The notes below the pieces were generated by a model. That model was not told where the DNA came from and ran no database searches. It saw only the letters and a program-made list of their open reading frames with translations. Below are positions 59,854 to 64,000 of a stretch of DNA of 64,000 nucleotides, one piece after another. Position 1 is the first letter of the stretch, and each line of letters begins with the position of its first letter. The stretch comes from Thiothrix sp. (GTDB taxonomy: Bacteria > Pseudomonadota > Gammaproteobacteria > Poriferisulfidales > GCA-002705445). The stretch lies in contig JAYQIN010000002.1 in NCBI GenBank assembly GCA_038141665.1, positions 765,189 through 829,188 of the forward strand, read 5' to 3'. A program made the translations under genes and the position numbers.

Positions 59854-60540
59854 TTAAGTTTTTTTTATATTAAGTCTTTTAAATTCACTTAATTTCATTT
59901 TACCTAAAGAATAATCTCCATATTTGGTTCTAATAATCCTATTTACAACAAGACCAAGACTCTCAAAAATTTTTCTAATCTCTCTATTTTTTCCTTCAAT
60001 TAATTCGATTTTGAACCAATTATTTGTTTTTAATTTTTTTATTAAAGAGATTTTCTGAACGCTATGTTTAATACCTTTAATATAAATACCAGATTTAATT
60101 TTTTTAATGTCCGTATTACTTATATTGCCATATACCTTAACATCATATGTTCTTGTAATTTTATTTTTTGGTAGCTCAAAATATCTTTTAAATTCACCAT
60201 TATTTGTAAAAAGCAAAAGACCTTCAGTATTAAAGTCAAGTCTACCGATATTGATTAAATTTTTTTATTATCTGGAAGTAAGTTGTAAACGGTTTTTCGA
60301 TTTAATTCATCTTTTTTTGAAGTTATATATCCTCTGGGTTTATTTAGTGCATACAATTCAATTTCACTTTGTTCTTTTTATGCGTGTTTTTCCAATAAAT
60401 ACTTTATCATTTTCTGTTACTTGATAAGAAAAATCATTGCAAATATTTCCATTAATAATTACTTTGTTACTTTTTATAATTACTTCTGCTTCTCGTCTGG
60501 AGCAATATCCTGAATGCGCTAAGAATTTTGATAGCCTCAT
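59854..60540 (-). pseudogene. RsuA/RluB-family pseudouridine synthase with a compensated +1/-1 frameshift pair in A-runs
   Basis: ATG 60540 gives an S4 domain (MRLSKFLAHSGYCSRREAEVIIKSNKVIINGN...) that hits TGA. The shifted frame reads EIELYALNKPRGYITSKKDELNRKTVYNLLPDNKK. The original frame resumes at NLINIGRLDFNTEGLLLFTNNGEF... (track ORF 59854-60216). The indels are in T5 at 60375-60379 and T7 at 60260-60266 (plus strand). Total length is 687 nt, which is 229 codons. Confidence 0.8.
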
Positions 60541-61547
60541 TAAGGTGAAGGGTTTGGTTGGTTTAAATGAACATTATCTATTTCTTTTAAAATATTTTCA
60601 TCAAGATTAATATTAATGCTTTCAATATTTTCTTTTAGCTGAGTTAAATTCGTTGCGCCGATAATATTACTACATACAAAAGGTTGCTGATTAACGAAAG
60701 ATAAAGCTAATTGAGTAGGTGTTAAATTATATTTCTTTGCTATTTCTACATATTTTAAAGTTGCACTTTTTGAATTCTTATTACTGTACCTATCAAATCT
60801 GTTCCATATAGTAAGCCTTGCATTTTTTGGTTTTTCATTAATGTATTTTCCAGTTAAAATCCCAAATCCTAATGGCGAATATGCAAGTAACTTAACATTC
60901 TCCATTTCTGCTATTTCAGCCATATTTATTTCATATAACCTATTTAATAAGCTATATGGATTCTGGATACTAACAATTTTTGAATATGATTTATCTTTAG
61001 ATAATTCTAGAAATTTCATTGCTCCCCAGGAAGTGTCATTTGATAAGCCAATCGCCCTGATAATTCCAGACTTGACTAAATTATTTAACGTTTCGTAACT
61101 TTCATTTATATTATCTATAACTTCATTAGTATTTTCATTGCTGTAAACGTAGTCTAATTTGCCGAAATAGTTTGTTTGTCTTTGTGGCCAATGAATTTGA
61201 TATAGATCAATATAATCTGTACCAAGTCTTTCTAAATTTTTTAATATTGCAGCTTCTATATTTTTTTTATTAATTTTAAGCGGGTTCCTAATGTATGAAA
61301 AATCTTCTGCAGGTCCAGTTACTTTTGAGGCTATTATGAGGTCTTTTCTTTTTTTATTTTTTTTTAGCCATGAACCTATATATTTTTCAGTCAAACCTTG
61401 TGTTTTTTTATTTGGAGGAACAGGGTACATTTCTGCAGTATCTATAAAGTTAACACCATTCTCTATAGCAAAATTTAATTGTTTGTGCGCCTCTTCTTCA
61501 GTATTTTGTTCGCCATAGGTCATTGTGCCTAAGCATATTTTACTCAC
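60540..61547 (-). CDS. aldo/keto reductase (Tas-like, NADP-dependent)
   Basis: 335 aa, GTMTYGEQ, FIDTAEMY, DLYQIHWP motifs. Confidence 0.85.
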   Translation of the reverse strand: MSKICLGTMTYGEQNTEEEAHKQLNFAIENGVNFIDTAEMYPVPPNKKTQGLTEKYIGSWLKKNKKRKDLIIASKVTGPAEDFSYIRNPLKINKKNIEAAILKNLERLGTDYIDLYQIHWPQRQTNYFGKLDYVYSNENTNEVIDNINESYETLNNLVKSGIIRAIGLSNDTSWGAMKFLELSKDKSYSKIVSIQNPYSLLNRLYEINMAEIAEMENVKLLAYSPLGFGILTGKYINEKPKNARLTIWNRFDRYSNKNSKSATLKYVEIAKKYNLTPTQLALSFVNQQPFVCSNIIGATNLTQLKENIESININLDENILKEIDNVHLNQPNPSP

Positions 61548-61588
61548 CTAAATTTCAGTATTGCCAAGATTTGAATAAATCATATTTA

Positions 61589-61807
61589 TTAAGTTTTAGT
61601 TTTTTTTTCAGGAGATTTTTTTTCTTTAGTTTTAAAATCAGTCTCATACCAACCAGTTCCTTTGAGCTTGAAGCCTGCTGATGTAACCAATTTTTTTAAT
61701 TTATGCTGGTTGCATTTTGGGCACAAAGTGAGCTTATCATCAGATACTTTTTGAATAATATCAAATTGATGTCCACAACTTTCGCATTGATATTCATATA
61801 TAGGCAT
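61589..61807 (-). CDS. FmdB-family zinc-ribbon protein
   Basis: 72 aa, MPIYEYQCESCGHQFD...CPKC. Confidence 0.8.
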   Translation of the reverse strand: MPIYEYQCESCGHQFDIIQKVSDDKLTLCPKCNQHKLKKLVTSAGFKLKGTGWYETDFKTKEKKSPEKKTKT

Positions 61808-61856
61808 AATAATTTCTTCCTTTTAAACAAAAAAATAACAGTTTAGAATTAGTTAT

Positions 61857-62273
61857 ATGACAACCAATCAAAAATACATAAGTAAGACCTCTATCTCCTT
61901 AATGTTATTGGGGCTTATCCCATTTATTTCAGCAATTTATTATTTGCAAACATACGATTTTGTGAAAGGTTTATCAATATTTGTTCATTATAGTGCAATT
62001 ATTTTATCATTTATAGGAGCAATTAATTGGGGTAATAACAGTATTGAAAAATCGCCAAAATTATTTTATCTAAGTGTCACACCTTCAGTAATAGCTTTTT
62101 CTGCTTTCTTTTTTGATTTTCCTGACGTTTTGTATGTTCTAGCGCTTGGCTATCTTATCGCGTGGATTATAGACTTTTCGCTAATGATTAAGAAAAGGGA
62201 ATATTATGGCTACTTAGGAATGCGCTCAATAATAACTACTAGCGTTATATACTTACACATATACCTGATGTAA
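61857..62273 (+). CDS. DUF3429 membrane protein
   Basis: 138 aa, 4 TM, HYSAIILSFIGAINWG motif. Confidence 0.6.
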   Translation: MTTNQKYISKTSISLMLLGLIPFISAIYYLQTYDFVKGLSIFVHYSAIILSFIGAINWGNNSIEKSPKLFYLSVTPSVIAFSAFFFDFPDVLYVLALGYLIAWIIDFSLMIKKREYYGYLGMRSIITTSVIYLHIYLM

Positions 62274-62281
62274 AAGAAGGA

Positions 62282-62671
62282 TTATCTTTTTGAGAATTGA
62301 ACATCTTTTCTTGCTTTACGTAAACCAACTTTCTTTCTTTCTACTACTCTTGAGTCTCTTGTAAGAAATCCATTTTTTTTAAGTAATGGTCTTAAAGTAT
62401 CATCAAATTTTAAAAGTGCTCTAGCAATTCCAAGTTTAATCGCTCCAGCTTGACCTGATGAGCCTCCACCCTTAACAGTGACTCTTACATCTGTTTTATC
62501 AGCAGTTTCTGTTAGGTTTAAAGCCTGTTTAACAACCATAATATTTGTTTTACGACCGAAATATTTTTCTATTGGATTTGAATTAACTGTGATTTTACCT
62601 GTGCCTTTTGAAAGAAAAACTCTTGCAGTTGATTCTTTTCTTCTTCCTGTTGAGTAAAAAATATTATCCAT
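62282..62671 (-). CDS. rpsI: 30S ribosomal protein S9
   Basis: 129 aa, ends ...[14 protein letters not shown]. Confidence 0.95.
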   Translation of the reverse strand: MDNIFYSTGRRKESTARVFLSKGTGKITVNSNPIEKYFGRKTNIMVVKQALNLTETADKTDVRVTVKGGGSSGQAGAIKLGIARALLKFDDTLRPLLKKNGFLTRDSRVVERKKVGLRKARKDVQFSKR

Positions 62672-62673
62672 TT

Positions 62674-63111
62674 TTAAATTTCCTTAACTATTGGCTTTTG
62701 AGCATGATGGTTATGTTCTGAACCTTTGTAAACATGAAGTTTTTTGATCATTGCACTTCCTAATCTGTTCTTTGGCATCATTCCTTTTACCGCTTTTTCG
62801 ATAATGCTCTCTGGTTTTTTAGCTTGAAGTTTTGCAAAATTGGTTGTTTTTAAATTTCCTATATAACCAGTATGCTTATAATACATTTTATCTTCAAATT
62901 TGTTTCCTGTGACAATAACTTTTTCAGCATTTATAACAACAACATGATCTCCTGTATCGCAGTGAGGAGTATAACAAGGTTTCTTTTTTCCTCTTAACAT
63001 ATCCGCAACTTCAGTAGATAGACGTCCAAGTACTTTATCGGTTGCATCAATTACATACCAATCTCTTTCAACAGTCTCTTTTTTTGCGCTGATTGTTGTT
63101 TTTGTCATCAT
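62674..63111 (-). CDS. rplM: 50S ribosomal protein L13
   Basis: 145 aa, [18 protein letters not shown]... Confidence 0.95.
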   Translation of the reverse strand: MMTKTTISAKKETVERDWYVIDATDKVLGRLSTEVADMLRGKKKPCYTPHCDTGDHVVVINAEKVIVTGNKFEDKMYYKHTGYIGNLKTTNFAKLQAKKPESIIEKAVKGMMPKNRLGSAMIKKLHVYKGSEHNHHAQKPIVKEI

Positions 63112-63193
63112 AATTATTTAAATCCAGTAAGGCAGTGAATAATACCCAAGAATTAGCATATATACAACTTAAAATCTGCCTTAAATGAAGGTT

Positions 63194-63850
63194 TTACCCT
63201 AATTTATCTATATTCGTTAATATTTCAGACTGAATGTCCTCTATACTTCCAATTCCTGCAATTTCAACATATGAGGTTGTAGAAGAGCCATCTGCGGCTT
63301 TTTTATAAAACTCTACCAATGGGTGAGTTTGCTCATGATATATTGATAATCTTTTCTTCACAGTTTCTTCATTATCATCAGGTCTTTGTATCAATTCCTC
63401 TCCAGTCTCATCATCTATATTTTCTTCTTTAGGAGGATTATGTTTAATGTGGTATGTTCTGCCTGAATTGGGATGGACTCTTCTTCCACTCATCCTTTGA
63501 ATAATTTCATCGTCATCAACCACTATTTCAATTACGCAGTCAATATCAACTCCTCTGTCATTCAATGAATTTGCTTGATCTAAAGTTCTTGGAAACCCAT
63601 CAAACAAAAAACCATTATTGCAGTCACTTTGATTAATTCTATTCTTTACCAAATCTAATATTAAGTCATCTGGGACTAACTCACCTTTTTCCATTATATC
63701 TTTTGCTTTTAAACCAAGATCAGATTTATTTGCAACGGCTTCTCTCAACATATCACCAGTTGAGATTTGTGGAATATTAAAACGTTCAGATATAAATTTT
63801 GCTTGCGTGCCTTTTCCCGCCCCTGGAGCACCAAGAAGTATGATTTTCAT
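63194..63850 (-). CDS. adk: adenylate kinase
   Basis: True start taken at ATG 63850 ([17 protein letters not shown]); the track ORF extends upstream to 63913. LID domain without Cys4. Confidence 0.92.
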   Translation of the reverse strand: MKIILLGAPGAGKGTQAKFISERFNIPQISTGDMLREAVANKSDLGLKAKDIMEKGELVPDDLILDLVKNRINQSDCNNGFLFDGFPRTLDQANSLNDRGVDIDCVIEIVVDDDEIIQRMSGRRVHPNSGRTYHIKHNPPKEENIDDETGEELIQRPDDNEETVKKRLSIYHEQTHPLVEFYKKAADGSSTTSYVEIAGIGSIEDIQSEILTNIDKLG

Positions 63851-64000
63851 AAAAGATCCCCTAGTTATTATTATTTTTGCGCTAAATATAACCTTGTGCC
63901 AAGTAATTATCAAATAAGTAACATGTATAAACCCATAAAAACTTTATACAAGCTAACTATCATGATCATTTTACTATGCTAGAATAAGTATAGATATTTT

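Noticed and set aside
60260-60379. Programmed ribosomal frameshifting or obligatory transcriptional slippage as the explanation for the A-run frameshifts (aroE, xthA, nuclease, pseudouridine synthase, YRG ORF).
   Set aside because: There are no slippery heptamer plus downstream structure contexts. The affected genes are unrelated housekeeping genes with no known recoding. Indels of both signs occur in homopolymers. Homopolymer length error (or ordinary mutation) is more parsimonious. The observation is kept as a finding only because the compensated pairs are odd.

Overview
AT-rich (roughly 30% GC by eye, not computed), gene-dense chromosomal window from a streamlined Gammaproteobacterium. The assignment rests on gene order: def-fmt-trkA-trkH opposite smg-topA-tsaC-hemF, tsaD opposite rpsU, aroK-aroB, dnaG-rpoD. 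The aprMBA adenylylsulfate reductase genes hint at a marine sulfur-oxidiser lineage (SUP05/Arctic96BD-19-like), but that is only a guess. Most of the window is housekeeping: hisBHAF, heme genes hemB/hemE/hemF, shikimate genes, GOGAT gltB/gltD, PBP1A, ribosomal proteins and adk. I saw no transposase, integrase, CRISPR array or recognisable defence system.

The points that stand out:
1. Two paralogous ~90-nt leader RNAs carry the conserved core of the glutamine-I (glnA-motif) riboswitch. One precedes gltB and one precedes gltD. Each has a near-consensus sigma70 promoter and a switchable three-segment helix.
2. An unannotated 57-codon ORF with three YRG motifs (DUF4278-like, the peptide class tied to glutamine riboswitches in picocyanobacteria) is hidden in the 450-bp gap after cbbQ.
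3. A Zur regulon (znuA / zur-znuCB) has two perfect palindromic Zur boxes. One of them controls a His/Glu-rich putative outer-membrane protein.
4. A visibly GC-richer block (about 47.2-55.8 kb) holds a cupin gene, a umuD-umuC-ref (RecA-dependent nuclease) cassette, aprMBA with a translationally coupled unknown ORF, and an orphan CbbQ/NorQ ATPase with no CbbO/NorD partner.
5. Conserved genes are interrupted unusually often. There are single frameshifts in aroE, a thermonuclease gene and the YRG ORF. There are compensated +1/-1 frameshift pairs in A-runs of xthA and a pseudouridine synthase gene. There is also an in-frame TAA in essential rpoD. Homopolymer sequencing error is the most economical explanation for the indels, but it needs checking against reads.
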